Shown here: one piece after another, positions 24,252 to 38,489 of the stretch
Numbering within the stretch: the first letter of the stretch is position 1
Layout: every line of letters begins with the position of its first letter
From: Mobula hypostoma
Lineage: Eukaryota
Assembly: GCF_963921235.1 (NCBI RefSeq)
Contig: NC_086108.1
Span: 71,612,001 to 71,676,000 of the forward strand
DNA: 64,000 bases
Direction: 5' to 3'
Translations under genes and position numbers: made by a program
The notes under the pieces: model-generated
Told to the model about the DNA's origin: nothing
What the model saw: only the letters and a program-made list of their open reading frames with translations
Database searches by the model: none

Positions 24252-25727
24252 ATAGTCATAGTCATGTTTTATTGATCTTGGAGGAAATTGCTTTTCTTTA
24301 CAGTTGCACCATAAATAATAAATAGTAATAGAACCATAAATAGTTAAATAGTAATATGTAAATTATGCCAGTAAATTATGAAATAAGTCCAGGACCAGCC
24401 TATTGGCTCAGGGTGTCTGACCCTCCAAGGGAGGAGTTGTAAAGTTTGACGGCCACAGGCAGGAATGACTTCCTATGACGCTCTGTGCTGCATCTCGGAG
24501 GAATGAGTCTCTGGCTGAATGTACTCCTGTGCCCTCCCAGTACATTATGTAGTGGATGGGAGACATTGACCAAGATGGCATGCAACTTAGACAGCATCCT
24601 CTTTTCAGACACCACCGTGAGAGAGTCCAGTTCCATTCCTACAACATCACTGGCCTTGCGAATGAGTTTGTTGATTCTGTTGGTGTCTGCTACCCTCAGC
24701 CTGCTGCCCCAGCACACAACAGCAAACATGATAGCACTGGCCACCACAGACTCATAGAACATCCTCAGCATCGTCCGGCAGATGTTAAAGGACCTCAGTC
24801 TCCTCAGGAAATAGAGACGGCTCTGACCCTTCTTGTAGACAGCCTCAGTGTTCTTAGACCAGTCCAGTTTATTGTCAATTCGTATCCCCAGGTATTTAAT
24901 CCTCCACCATGTCCACACTGACCCCCTGGATGGAAACGGGTCACTGGTACCTTAGCTCTCTTCAGGACTACCACCAGCTGCTTAGTCTTTTTCACATTAA
25001 GCTGCAGATAATTCTGCTCACACCGTGTGCCAAAGTTTCCTACCGTAGCCCTGTACTCAGCCTCATCTCCCTTGCTGATGCATCCAACTATGGCAGAGTC
25101 ATCTGAAAACTTCTGAAGATGACAAGACTCTGTGCAGTAGTTGAAGTCCGAGGTGTAAATGGTGAAGAGAAAGGGAGACAAGACAGTCCCCTGTGAAGCC
25201 CCAGTGCTGCTGATCACTCTGTCGGACACACAGTGTTGCAAGCACACGTACTGTGGTCTGCCAGTCAGGTAATCAAGAATCCATGATACCAGGGAAGCAT
25301 CCACCTGCATCGCTGTCAGCTTCTCCCCCAGCAGAGCAGGGCGAATGGTGTTGAATGCACTGGAGAAGTCAAAAAACATGACCCTCACAGTGCTCACTGG
25401 CTTGTCCAGGTGGGCGTAGACACGGTTCAGCAGGTAGACGATGGCATCCTCAACTTCTAGTAGGGGCTGGTAGACGGACTGGAGGGGATCTAAGTGTGGC
25501 CTGAACATAGGCCAGAGCAGCACCAGAACAAGTCTTTCCAGGGTCTTCATGATGTGGGAGGTCAATGCCACCGGTCTGTAGTCATTGAGGCTGCTGGGGC
25601 GTGGCGTCTTTGGCACAGGGACGAGGCAGGACGTCTTCCACAATACAGGAACCCTCCAGAACCTCAGGCTCAGGTTGAATACATGGCGAATTACTCCACA
25701 TAGCTGAGGGGCACAGGCTTTGAGCAT
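24252..25727 (-). mobile_element. Rex1/Babar-like LINE, 5'-truncated, RT domain
   Basis: ORFs 24804-25727 (LNDYRPVALTS...FFDFSSAFNTI...QGTVLSP...KFSDDS) and 24400-24918; (GTCATA)n tail; nested in an older LINE end (about 24160-26240). Confidence 0.92.
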
Positions 25728-26486
25728 GTGGAATCAATGAAAAACCAAGATGCAAAAGAAGTCAAACCATACAAAAACAAAGTACAAACATAAATAAACA
25801 AGCAATACTGAGAAGATGAGTTACAGCATTCTTGAAACTGAGCCCATGGTTTGTGGAATCAGTTGATAGCTGAGGTGGTTCCATGCTGGTTCAGGAGGCT
25901 GATAGTTAAAGGGAACGAAATAACCGTCCCTGAACCTTGTAGTGTGAGACTGAAGGCTCCTGTACCTCCTTCCTGGTGGCAGTAGTGAGAAGAGAGTATG
26001 AGCTGGATTCAATTCAATTCAGGCAGGGGACCTTGAGGATGGATGCTGCTTTCTTGTGATAGTGCTCCTTGTAGATGTGCTCAATGGTGTGGAGGCTTTT
26101 GCCTGTGATGGACTGGGCTGTAGCCTCTATTTTTTGTGGGCTTTTCCATTCAAGAGCATTGGTTTTTCCTCTCAGGCCATGATGTAACCAGTAAGGTTAT
26201 TTTCTACTGTGGATTTATAAAGGTTTGTCAAAGTATTAGATGGTCAATGGGAAGACTTAACTTCATTTCCCTGGCACTAGATTCTCAAAACTGAGAGCTC
26301 TATAGTAATAAATTTCCAAGCACATATAGGGGACATCGTAAAATTAGTCTGCTCTTGTCACGTGTACTGAGGTACAATGAAAAGCTTTGCCTGGCATGTC
26401 ACTTCAGACTTAAGTATATTGAGATGGTGCAAAAGGAAAAGCAATAACAATGCAGAATAGTGTTACTGCTACGGAGAAATTGCAGT

Positions 26487-27240
26487 TCAAAGGTTCATTT
26501 ATTACCAAAGTATGCATGTACTTTTGTCCTGAGATTTGTCTTCTCCAAATAGCTACGAAACAAAAAAAACACGGAAATCGTTCAAAGAAAAACACCAAAC
26601 TCACCCCCCACGCAAAAAAGAGCAGTAACATGATCATCAGCCCCCAAAACCCCTACCCTGCCCAAAAAAACTAACAAAACACACCAATGAGAAAGAACAG
26701 GTGAAAACACAGAATAGAAAGCCGTAAGACTGAAAAAGTTCAATCCATAAATGCTGAATCTTGGTAGCATCCTCCGATAGCATCGATAGAAAGAGATACT
26801 ACTTGAACGTAGAGAGAGGCCTGCCCTTTGGGAGCAGCAAGCAATGGGCCACCACATAGACTCTTTCTCCCTGGCAGCAGAGAGATGCTTTCATTCAGCG
26901 ATCAAAAGCAGGCAGTCAGTCCTGAACCTTCACCCGTCTTCCGCATTTGCCTTGGTGTTTCAAACTTCTTCAACGCCTTAATCAGCGATTAATGAAAGCT
27001 TCAGTCGATTACTGGCTCGCGCCCCGTTTCTATGTTTCTTTGCCTCAAGGCGCTTCGAGCTCGAGCTTGCTTTCTGGAATCTTCTCAGAGGCAGCAAAGC
27101 ACTGGATCACTGAATCATTCTCCCAGCTGTAAATCGCAGAAACACATTTAAGATGAAAATCAGATGTAAAAGAAGTGAAATAAACAGCTTTGTGGACTAG
27201 AAGACGCTGGAAGACGCTGACCAAGGAAGCATTGTAGGCT
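26487..27240 (-). mobile_element. Non-coding interspersed repeat with a LINE-type 3' tail (probable non-autonomous retroposon)
   Basis: Tail TTCAAAGGTTCATTTATT on + resembles the tail at 44109; no credible ORF; family unassigned. Confidence 0.45.
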
Positions 27241-28901
27241 GACCAGAGTTCGGGTAGACAAGTAAGGAGCAGGGACCATGACTGAGTAGAGTGAGAGATG
27301 AAGAGTTCAAATTTATTGTACAAGAGGTCTGTTTGGAAGTTTTGCGGCATTAAAGATGAACTTGAGTTTGATGGTATCTGCTTTCAGGGTATGTGTGGTA
27401 TCTTCTGACTGATGAAATGGAATAAAGGAGAGAGTGATCGGGGGGGGGAGGGTCTTCGATTATGTTGTCTGTTTTCCCATGGTAGGTAGAAGTGTAGACA
27501 GAGCCAGTGGAGGGAAGGTTGGCCTTCGTGATAGGCAGGATTGTGTTCAAAACTCTGCAATTTCTTGTGACCTCGGCAGAATACTTGCCATACCAAGCTG
27601 TGGTGCATCCAGATAGTTTGCACTCTGGTGCATCTATAAAAATTGGTGAGTGTTATGGGGAATATGTTGAATTTCCCTAGCCTTCTGATGAAGTAGAGGT
27701 GCTTGCGTTCCCCCTAGCATCTGCATGATTGGATCAGGACAGGCAGTATTTACACCTAGAAGTAGTAAGCTCTGAAATACTTCCACTTCAGAACCATTGA
27801 TACAGATTACTGATGCATGTACTCTGTCCTGATTCCTGAAGTATTTTGTTTTTTCTGACACTAGGGGGAAAGGTCGTCTTGACACCAAGTCACTAGGCTC
27901 CCTATCTTCCTCCTGTACTTCCTCATTCTTGGTGGGAGGAAGAAGAAGGGGAAGGATTGCAAGGACTTCTGGAGATTCTTGGCCTGAGTAATCACAGTCG
28001 ATTAGGAATACTTGGCAAGGCACAGAGCATCTCAAATTTCTACAGTGGGACTTCATGTGGATCCCCAAGCAAGTGGTGAAAATGGGCATGAAAGATTGCA
28101 GATGCTGGTTTGGTGGGAATATGTGCTGATTTGTCAGGTGGGAAAACATAGATCGTCTGATGGCAGGACTGAGAAGGGTGTTGCTATTTAGCTGTCCTAT
28201 TTAAATAGCTGGCTGATTTCAATCAGTTTGCAACAGTTTGGTTGATCATTGACTGTTTTTATTGTTATGCAGCAGAGACAGAGACCTTTTGGTGTCATGT
28301 CTGTGCTGACCGTCAAATACCCACCTCCATTGATTGCATTTTCTAGTACTTGGCACGTAGCTTGCAATGCCATAGCTTCAGAACCCTGAGAGAGACAGGA
28401 ACAACTGGAGGTTAGGATTTTCTTTCAAGAGTTGGTTGATTGTGGCTGCACATTGATAGCAGGCAGCTTTTCAATGCTTTCTGTTATTAACTTGTAAGTT
28501 GATTCACCTCCTGTGACAACACGGTGTCTCCTGCACTCTTAAATTCTATCTGGTTTTGGTGTTTCTGTATATCTAATCAGCAGAAGCCCTCTTTACATTT
28601 TTAGTTCAACACTGTATGTTGTCAGTTACTTAACTATTGTAGGATGTAAAGTAATCATTGATGCTGTAGTGAGTGAACAGTTATCTGAAGAGCCACCTCA
28701 CACTGATTGCATTAAATATAACAAAGCTATGATAATAAAATGTGGAACATGGGTATCAAATTCACTGTCAAGTCATTTAAGTATTTTATGTTTGCATTTG
28801 GTTATTGCAGGCATTTGAAATATTTGGGCTAATGTTTTGTTTTTTTTGCATTCTGATGTTTTTTATCAGCACAGGTTTGATCAGATACATTTGTCTTCCA
28901 G

Positions 28902-29004
28902 ACTGGTGCGCTCCTGTTTTTACTTGTAACCATAATTGTCAACGTTAAGCTTATTTTGGACACAAGAAGAGTAGCAAATGAAGAAGAGCTTGAAGAAGAC
29001 TATG
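28902..29004 (+). CDS. POMGNT1: POMGNT1 coding exon 2 (type II transmembrane anchor)
   Basis: ttccag|[34 protein letters not shown]+G|gtcagt; 103 nt, phase 0 to 1. Confidence 0.95.
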
Positions 29005-29261
29005 GTCAGTTTATGTAAAGATTTCTATACTTTTTATTATTATTTTTGTCAACAATGTAAACGTATAACAGTTTCTAGCTATATAAAGATATGTGATGTC
29101 AGTTCTCTCACCCATGTTGAGGTTAAGGTGTAACCTTTCAAATATAGATAGCCATAGATAGAGATTGCCTATGCTTGCTTTCATTGAAATCGCAAAGAAC
29201 AATGCATTTTAGATAGTTCTCGTGTACAGTTGCAAGAAGATGAAGCTCAGAACACATTTTA

Positions 29262-29326
29262 TGAAGTAATTAATTCAGAAAACCAGGTGATTGCAAAGGG
29301 TTCACAAACTTTTTCTTGCAACTGTA
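29262..29326. mobile_element. Solo Tc1-like terminal fragment
   Basis: Ends GGGTTCACAAACTTTTTCTTGCAACTG-TA, a CAGT...ACTG/TA type terminus. Confidence 0.5.
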
Positions 29327-29956
29327 CGTCTAAAATTTGCTTTATCTAAGGATTAAATTGACACTGCTTTTTGATGATACATGTCAGTGTGGCCTTTTTA
29401 AGTCCAGCTTTGGTAACTTTAACAGGAGAATAAAGCTTGATGGGATAATGATTACATGTAATCCTTTTATCATTTTTGATTTGAAGATTTAAGTGGCTGG
29501 TGTTTTATATGCATAACAAATCGTTGAAGTGATTTGCTTTGCTTTACAGTATATGGTTTACTTTCAAATTTCAGTACATTAGCCACTTTTAAAAACATGA
29601 GGAAAAGGAGTGAGAATTGGTTCCCTCTTAGCTACTACCTCTTCTAATGAGATGTGGACGTCTTAACCGCTGCATTTCTCTAGCTACATAAATCTCGATT
29701 CCCTTTGTCTAAAAATTTATTCCTCGCATTGTAAGCATGCTGTACACACTGAATTTCCATGGCCATCTGGTGTAGAGAATGCCCCAGATTCACAGTATAA
29801 TTAATAGTTGGAGATAGGTGGTAAATATCTGTACTGCCAGCAACTTCTCTATGCTGAGCATGCATATTGCTGACATTTTTGTACTTGTCTGGTATAACTC
29901 AGTTCTGCCAGCTCCTCCATAGGTGTTTTATGGATATCATCTTGTTTCTGTGGTAG

Positions 29957-30072
29957 ACGATGCAATGCCGAATATGGAAACTGCTCGAAGGCCATCACAC
30001 GGCCGGAAGGTTCTGGACATTGAAGTATATTCCAGCAGGTCAAAAGTCTACGTTGCTGTTGATGGAACCACA
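29957..30072 (+). CDS. POMGNT1: POMGNT1 coding exon 3 (start of stem domain)
   Basis: tggtag|(D)[38 protein letters not shown]|gtaagc; 116 nt, phase 1 to 0. Confidence 0.96.
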
Positions 30073-30464
30073 GTAAGCACCTTCCTCCTATTTAATTTTA
30101 GTTAATCAATGGTGCTTTGTAATACCAGTTTTAACATTAAAGCTGCGCAGAAAGGAACAAGTAGAAAGGTGATTAGCTTTATGTCAGAGTTGGATACCAT
30201 CAAAGCTATAGTGATCCATCAGGATGAGTATTTAAGTTCCCTCCATCTCCTTCATAGAGTTATTCATTGTCTTTTGTTTTGCATATCACGAGAGAAATGT
30301 TGTTATTATCTCTGTTCTTTTCACATTTTTATTGTAGTGTCTTTGCATCTTCTCTTCTGGAAGATTGATTGTTATCTGAATGCCCTTGTTTTTGTTTTTT
30401 ATTTTTTAGTGTTGAAGTGGCTGATATTTTTTTTGCTCCATTATAGGTCTAAACACAATGACCA

Positions 30465-31650
30465 TAAAAAGACATAGGAGCAGAATTAGGCTATTCGGCC
30501 CATTGAGTCAGCTCTGCCATTTGCTTAGGGCTGATTTATTTATCCTCTCAACTCTGTTTTGTGTAACCTTTGACACCTTTATGACCTGTCAACCTCTACT
30601 TTAAATATACCCAATGACTTGCCCTCCACAGTCACCTGTGGCAATGAATATCATATATTCACCAACTAATTCCTCCTCTTCCCCCTCTTTTCCCCCTCTT
30701 GTCTGTCGTAAAGAGGTCCCCTTGTATTCTGAGGCTGGGCTCTCTTTCACCAGACTCCTCCACTACTGGAAATATCCTGTCCATGTCAACTCGAGATAAG
30801 TCTTTCAGTATTCAATAGGTTTCAGTGAAATTTCCCTCTCTTCCCCCCCCCCCCCACATTCTTCCAAACTCCAGCGAGTTAAACCTTTCATTCCTCATGT
30901 GTTGAACCTTTCATTCCTGGGATCATTCTCATAAACCTCATCTGTACCCTGTCCAATGCCATCACATTCTTTCTTGGATATGGGGCCCAAAACTGCTTAC
31001 AATATTTTAAGTGTAGTCTGATCAATGCATTTTCAAGTCTGAGCAGTATATTGTTGCTTTTATATTCTAGTTCTCTCAAAATGAATGCTAACATTGCATT
31101 TACCTTCCTTTCTACCGACTCAGCCTGCAAGTTAACCTTTAGGCAATTGTGAACTGGAACTCCAAGGTCTCTTTGCACCTCTGTTTTCTGAATTTGCTCC
31201 CCTTTAGAAAATAGTTTATGCCTTTATTCCTTTTACCAAATTGCATAACCATACACTTCCCTCCACTGTATCCCATCTGTCACTTCTTTCACTATTCTCC
31301 TAATCTGTCCAAGTCCTTCTGCAGACTCCCTGCATCTTCAACAATACCACCCCTGTCTTTGTATCATCTGCAAATTTGGCCAGAGAGCCATCAATTTCAT
31401 CATCCATGTCATTAACATATAATGTGAAAAGCAGCAGACCCAACTGAACCCTCTGTGGAACAACGCTGGTTACCTGCAGCTCCCTCTCTGCCTTCTGCCG
31501 CTTCGCCAATTTTCTGTCCGTGCTAGTATCTTTCCTGTAATAACATGGGCTTTTATCTTGTTTAGCTGCTTTGTGTGTGGCATGTTGCCTTTTGAAAATC
31601 CATGTAAGTAACGTCCACTGACTCACCTTTGTTTATCCTGCCCGTTATTC
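30465..31650 (-). mobile_element. CR1 LINE 3' fragment, decayed
   Basis: AKFADDTK, QRDLGVPVH, LIRLHLKYCKQFWAP remnants and a CR1-type 3' UTR. Confidence 0.82.
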
Positions 31651-32371
31651 ATGTGAGCCCTAATATAGTGCTGGCAGGCAATTCAAACACAAGCACGAAA
31701 CTGAAGCCATCCTGGCTTTGAACTGTAATGAAGAACCGTGGAAAATTTCCTCCTCATTCAGTCCCCCTCCCACCCCCCCCCAAAATGCATTAGGTGTATT
31801 CATGGTACCATCTACTCCAGTTGAGTTTAATTAAATCAACTCTTAATTGGTAGATCTGTTGATCTGAAGAGATGAGTAATGTTTATGTATCAGACTTGGT
31901 GGAAAATAAGATTTATAATCATTTATTCAGCTCACTGTTCATCTTGATTATCAAATGAGAAGTGTGTCTGCAACAGTGTGTGTTGAGTGATAGAGAGAAG
32001 GGCTTGAACAATGCAGGCAGCAATTTGACTGGGGTTTTAGTTTTCTATTATCTCAAATTCCTCTATGAAACCAGTGTTTGGTTGAATGCAGATGAACTTT
32101 AATCTTGGAAATTACTGCATTTATTCACTGCAGATTACTGTTTTTTTGTACAAAGTAAATCCTTAATATGAAAGTAATACTATGTAATTAATCTGAAGGA
32201 AGTTTTTCAGCTTGCAGTTTTTGCTTAGGCAAATGGAGAATGCTTACTTGTTGTTTAGTAGACCGATCAATTAGTTTTTGTAACTGTTCATGCCGACACA
32301 TGAGAAAAATTTTAATTCCACAGACAGTCGAGCAGTGCTACAACTCATGCACTTTTAATCTGGTGTTGTAG

Positions 32372-32437
32372 GTTCTTGAAGATGAAGTCAAAGAGCAGAG
32401 TCGAGGAATACACGTTATTGTTCTGAATCAAGCTACA
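32372..32437 (+). CDS. POMGNT1: POMGNT1 coding exon 4
   Basis: ttgtag|VLEDEVKEQSRGIHVIVLNQAT|gtaagt; 66 nt, phase 0 to 0. Confidence 0.96.
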
Positions 32438-33081
32438 GTAAGTTTGGCACAAGAAGACTGAAACTTCTTCCCACAAACTATGGGTTTGCAAACAGATTTT
32501 TTAGATATCCTGAACAATGCACATTCATTGCAAATAATTGATTGCAAATAATTCTCTCTATTTAGCCAAACTACAAACCCCATTTCCAGAAAAGTTGGGA
32601 TTTTTCCAAAATGCAATAAAAACAAAAACCTGTGATATGTTAATTCACGTGAACCTTTATTTAACTGACAAAAGTACAAAGAAAAGATTTTCAATAGTTT
32701 TACTGACCAACTTAATTGTATTTTGTAAACATACACAAATTTAGAATTTGATGGCTACAACACACTCAACAAAAGTTGGGACAGAGGCATGTTTACCATT
32801 ATGTTATATCACCTTTCCTTTTAATAACACTTTTCAATCGTTTTGGAACTGAGGATACTAATTGTAGTAGATTTGCAATTGGAAATTTTGTCCATTCTTG
32901 CTTGATATAAGACTTCAGCTGCTCAACAGTCCGTGGTCGGGGACGTCACGTGATGACGTGGGATTGAGACGTGTAAATCCAGCTCTCCCGCAACAAATCA
33001 GCAAAGTACCGTTTAAACAAAACAAAGTTAATAAATATTTTCTGAAAACTATTTATAAACTTTGCAAGACTACTTTACGAT

Positions 33082-34128
33082 ATGCCTCCTAAACCGCAAC
33101 AAAAGAAGTCTGCTGTTGCGAAGCAGCCGCGAGAGGGGAAGATAAAAGGGCCTACTGCAACGATGGAGCCTCGGACTCAGGTTGGATCTCCTTCGGTAGA
33201 ACAGGGAGCAATGGCAGTGGTAGCGGTTTCTCCGAAGAAGTTGCCGGAAATGCGCATGCGCAAATCGACACAACTCAAACTACAAGAACCGACAGCCACT
33301 GCAATTGAAAATGACTCAGAGTCAGAATTGGATTCTGCAGAGAATACAGATGAAGAAGAGGAGGAAGAATTGGAAGTGATTGGAAGTAAAGGAGATGATA
33401 GAGACATAAGAGAGGCTATATTGCAATTAACGGCTGAACTAAGAAAAGTAAGAGAAGAGCTTAGAGATACGAAGATGTGCTATAATAAAGTTATGGAAAG
33501 ACAGGACAAAATGGATAAGAAGCTTCAGAAGATGGAAAGAGCAATGGGGCATATGAATGATAGAGTGGAAAAAACAGAAAATGATCTGCTTGTCTGGAAC
33601 TCGGAAAGAAATCAACTCTTGGAGAAAGTGGACATGTTGGAAAATTTCAGTAGACGTAATAATATTAAAATTGTTGGTCTTAAAGAAGGTACGGAGGGAG
33701 AAAAACCAATAGAATTTTTTCAAAGATGGATCCCGGAAGTTTTGCAAATGGAAGAGGAGGTTCGACCAATTGAAATTGAGCAGGCACATAGAGCTCTAAG
33801 ACCAAAACCAAAAGATGACCAATATCTACGATCGATTTTAATAAAATTCTTAAGATTTCAAGACAAGGAAAGGATTCTACAGGCAGCTGCTCGAGCTGCC
33901 AAGGATAGAAAAGGGCCATTGATGATTCATGGGAACAAAGTTTTTTTCTACCCTGATATAAGTTATGAACTTCTGAAGAGAAGGAAGAAATTTAATCCAG
34001 TGAAAAAAACCCTATGGGATCACGGTTATCAATTTATATTGCGTTATCCTGCAACCTTGAAGATTTTTTTGGCTGGTGGAGAAAAAAGATTTGTTGATGA
34101 TTACCAGAAAGCGGAGCAGTTTGTGTGA
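33082..34128 (+). CDS. L1 ORF1p (coiled coil, RRM, CTD), open for 348 aa
   Basis: LENFSRRNNIKIVGLKEG, IEQAHRAL, ILIKFLRFQDKERIL, FYPDIS, LRYPATLKI motifs. Confidence 0.9.
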   Translation: MPPKPQQKKSAVAKQPREGKIKGPTATMEPRTQVGSPSVEQGAMAVVAVSPKKLPEMRMRKSTQLKLQEPTATAIENDSESELDSAENTDEEEEEELEVIGSKGDDRDIREAILQLTAELRKVREELRDTKMCYNKVMERQDKMDKKLQKMERAMGHMNDRVEKTENDLLVWNSERNQLLEKVDMLENFSRRNNIKIVGLKEGTEGEKPIEFFQRWIPEVLQMEEEVRPIEIEQAHRALRPKPKDDQYLRSILIKFLRFQDKERILQAAARAAKDRKGPLMIHGNKVFFYPDISYELLKRRKKFNPVKKTLWDHGYQFILRYPATLKIFLAGGEKRFVDDYQKAEQFV

Positions 34129-34665
34129 GATTCTCTGAATATTCACCAGATACAAGAACAAATCCAGGGGAGTGAGATAGATTGAAGATGAAGATTGGGT
34201 CAAAGAATGGACTTGTTGGATTTTTGAAGGTAGATGAATGTATAAATATATTATTAATTATACGAGGGGGCTAAGAAAGGTTAAAATTGGAGGAATATTA
34301 GTTGGGAATAGTAACACTAATTTTGTCTATATATATATATATATATATAATTTTTTTTGTTGCGGGGGAGCTGGAAGAAGCACTGACCAATTGCTACGCT
34401 AATCATGTGTGCAAGCGTGGCTTTTGCCACGACCCGTAAAATGGAGGGGGGTAGTGTTGTGTATCTTTTCATTCACAACATTAGTGGGGGGGTATTTTGT
34501 TTTTTCTTTTTTTGTATTCTTTCTATTTTTTTTTCTTTTTGCCTGGAAGGTTGGGAGGGAAACACATAGCAACATGGTGAAATTTAAAGAGATTCCCCAA
34601 GGAACTATGAGAGTTGAGAAGATAAGTAAGTCATGTTTTAGATTGGAGTAACTTTGTTAAGAATA

Positions 34666-37600
34666 ATGACTAATTTATTGAATTTTTTGAGTTTTAATGT
34701 TAATGGGCTTAATGGACCAGTGAAAAGAAAAAGAATCTTAACACATATTAAAAAAATGAAGATAGATTTAGCTTTTTTACAGGAAACGCACCTAACAGAA
34801 ACAGAACATCAGAAACTAAAGAGAGATTGGGTGGGTAGTGTTGTTGCGGCTTCATTTAATTCAAAAGCGAGGGGAGTAGCAATTTTGATCAATAAAACGT
34901 TACCAATTAGAATACAAAATGTAATATCTGATTCTGCGGGGAGATATGTGATTATACATTGTCAACTTTTTTCTGAACTATGGACTTTTATGAATATTTA
35001 TGCACCAAACGAAAATGATGCAAAATTCATACAAGAAGCTTTTTTGAATTTGGCGGATGCACATGAAAAAATATTAATTGAAGGAGACTTTAATTTTTGC
35101 TTAGACCCAGTTTTCGATAGATCAACCAAGGCTGTTATAAAATCGAAGGTAGTAAATTTAACTTTATCATTGATGAAAGATTTAAATTTGATTGATATAT
35201 GGAGAAGAATCAATCCTAAAGAAAGAGACTATTCGTTCTATTCCCATAGACATAAAACTTACTCAAGGATAGATTTTTTTCTATTATCAATGCATATTCA
35301 ACACAGAGTGAAAAATATGGAATATAAAGCAAGAATATTATCAGATCATTCTCCTTTATTAATGACAATAATAATGGCTGATAAGGAAGAAGTGGCTTAT
35401 AGATGGAGATTTAATTCAACATTATTAAAACGTCAAGATTTTTGTGATTTTATGAAAAAGCAGATTCAATTTTTTTTGGATACAAATTTTCATTCAGTGG
35501 ATGATAAATTTATATTATGGGATGCGATGAAAGCATATCTTAGGGGCCAGATAATAAGTTATACGTCTAAAATTAAGAAAGAATATATGGCAGAACTAGA
35601 TCAATTGGAAAAAGAGATTACAAAAATAGAAAAAGAATCTCAAAGATATATGTCAGAAGAAAAACGAAGGCAACTTGTCAATAAGAAGTTACAATATAAT
35701 ACGCTTCAGACATATAGAATGGAAAAAGCAATTATAAGAACTAAACAAAGGTATTATGAGTTAGGTGAGAGAGCACATAAAATTCTTGCCTGGCAGTTGA
35801 AAACAGAACAAGCTTCCAAAACAATAAATGCAATTAGAACAAGGGCAAATAAAATATCTTATAAATCTCTTGAAATAAATGAAACCTTTAAAAATTTCTA
35901 TTCTGAATTATATCAATCAGAATCCCAAAATGATGTTAATGAGATAGAAAGGTTTTTATCACAAGTATCTCTTCCAAAATTGAATTTGGAAGAACAGAAG
36001 GGATTAGATATGCCTTTTACATTAAAAGAAGTTGAAGAAGCTTTAGGATCACTCCAAAGTAATAAATCTCCAGGAGAAGATGGTTTTCCACCTGAATTTT
36101 ATAAAAAAATTTAAAGATTTATTATTTCCTCTCTTTATGGAACTAATACGTCAAGCAGAAAAAATATATAAACTTCCAGAATCTTTTTCAACAGCGATTG
36201 TAATAGTATTGCCAAAAAAAGACAGAGATCCTATGAAACCAACATCATACAGGCCTATTTCTTTATTGAATACGGATTATAAAATAATAGCAAAAATTTT
36301 ATCGAATAGATTATCTAAATATTTACCAAAATTAATACATATGGATCAAACAGGATTTATTAAAAATAGACAATTGGCAGATAATGTAACCCGGCTACTC
36401 AGTATAATTCATTTGGCACAAAAAAGGGACGAGAAGAGTATAGAAGTAGCCTTGGATGCAGAAAAAGCATTTGATAGATTAGAATGGAATTTTTTATTTA
36501 AAGTATTAGAAAAATATGGGTTAGGAACGTCTTTTATAAATTGGATTAAAACTTTAAATTCTAACCCTAAGGCTAAAGTAGTGACAAACTCTCAAATTTC
36601 AACACCATTCCAGTTAAAAAGGTCAACTAGACAAGATTGTCCATTATCACCTGCTTTATTTGTACTGGCGATAGAGCCATTAGCAGAACTAATCAGAATT
36701 GATCCAGATATTATGGGTTTTAGAGTTAATCAGGAGGAATATAAAATTAATCTTTTTGCCGATGATGTTTTGCTTTACTTAACAAACCCACAACATTCGT
36801 TACATAAATTATCTTCTAGATTGGATGAATATGGGAAGGTATCAGGTTACAAAATAAATTGGGATAAAAGTGAAATTTTACCTCTTACTAAAGGAGACTA
36901 TAGTCAATGTCGATTAGTAACCCAATTTAGATGGCTGGTAAATGGTATGAAGTATTTAGGTATAAGACTTGATAATGATGTAAAGAATTTATATAAATTT
37001 AATTATTTACCACTATTGAAAAAAATTCAAGAAGATTTTGACAAATGGATGATACTATCAATAACATTAGTAGGTAGAGTCAATGTTGTAAAAATGAATA
37101 TATTTCCTAGATTACAGTGTTTGTTTCAAACATTACCAATACAATTGCCACAGAAATTTTTTCAAGAGTTAAATAAATGTGTGAGAAAATTTCTTTGGAA
37201 AGGTAAAATGTCAAGAATATCATTGGAAAAATTGACATGTAAATTTGGGTTAGGAGGGCTACAACTTCCAAACTTTAAAAACTATTATAAAGCAAATCAA
37301 CTTAGATTTATTGCATCTTTCTTCGATGATCGAAAACCAGCATGGATTAAAATAGAATTAGACAAGATAGGAGAAAATAGACCTGAAGATTTTATATATA
37401 AATGGGAATCTAAATGGATACGGGAAAAGAAAGAATCTCCTATATTAACACATTTGATTGATCTATGGAATAAGATAAATGTTGATAATGAAACACAGAA
37501 ATCTCTATTAGCAAGGAGACCTTTGTTCCAAAACAGACTTATTCCTTTTACAATGGACAATCAACTTTTATATAATTGGTACCAAAAAGGGATTAAATTT

Positions 37601-38438
37601 ATAGGAGATTGTTTTGAATGAGGTATATTGATGTCATTTGAACAATTAAAGGATAAATATAAAATATCAAATAATACTTTGTTACTTTCAATTAAGGGCT
37701 TACTTAAAAGGTAAGCTGGGTCAAACAATATTTTTGCCAAAACCTAATGAAATTTAAATTTTAATTCAAAAAGGGAAAATTAAAAAATTTATTTCTTGTA
37801 TGTATAATTTGATTCAAGAACAGACAATTAAACAAGGAACCCATAAGTCAAAGCAAAAATGGGAAACAGATCTGAATATTAATATTGATGAAACAAATTG
37901 GTCAAGACTCTGTCTTGACAGTATGACAAATACAATAAATGTTCGACTTAGATTAGTACAATATAATTTTTTACACCAATTATATATTACACCACAAAAA
38001 ATAAATAGATTAAATTCAAATCTATCCGATAAATGCTTTTGGTGTAATCAAGAAATTGGTACTTTTTTACATTCTACTTGGTCTTGTTTTAAAATTCAAC
38101 CCTTTTGGATAAATTTAAGAGTCTTATTGGAACAAATTACTGGAACTCAACTTCCACATAACCCTGTATTATTTCTATTAGGTGATATTGAAGGGATAAA
38201 GCCGAAACTTAAATTGAATAAATATCAGAAAGAATTTATAAAAATTGCATTGGCAGTAGCTAAGAAGACTATAGCAGTTACTTGGAAATCTGATTCGTAT
38301 TTAAGTATGGATCGTTGGAATAATGAAATGGCTAGTTCTATTCCACTCGAAAAAATTACTTATAATTTAAGAGATAAATATGTAACATTTTTGAATATTT
38401 GGCGCCCTTATTTACAAAAGATAGGATGGCATATTTAA
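34666..38438 (+). pseudogene. L1 ORF2 (APE endonuclease, RT, CCHC), disrupted
   Basis: SFNVNGL, FLQETH, GDFN, SRIDFF, SDHSP; YRPISLLN, LDAEKAFD, QDCPLSP, LFADDVL; CFWCNQEIGTFLHSTWSC. +1 frameshift in an A7 run (36103-36109), TGA at 37619-37621, further lesions at about 37680-37760. Confidence 0.93.
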
Positions 38439-38489
38439 GTGCTCCGATAAAGATCTTGGTCCCTTGGGGAAAGTAACGAATAATTATAC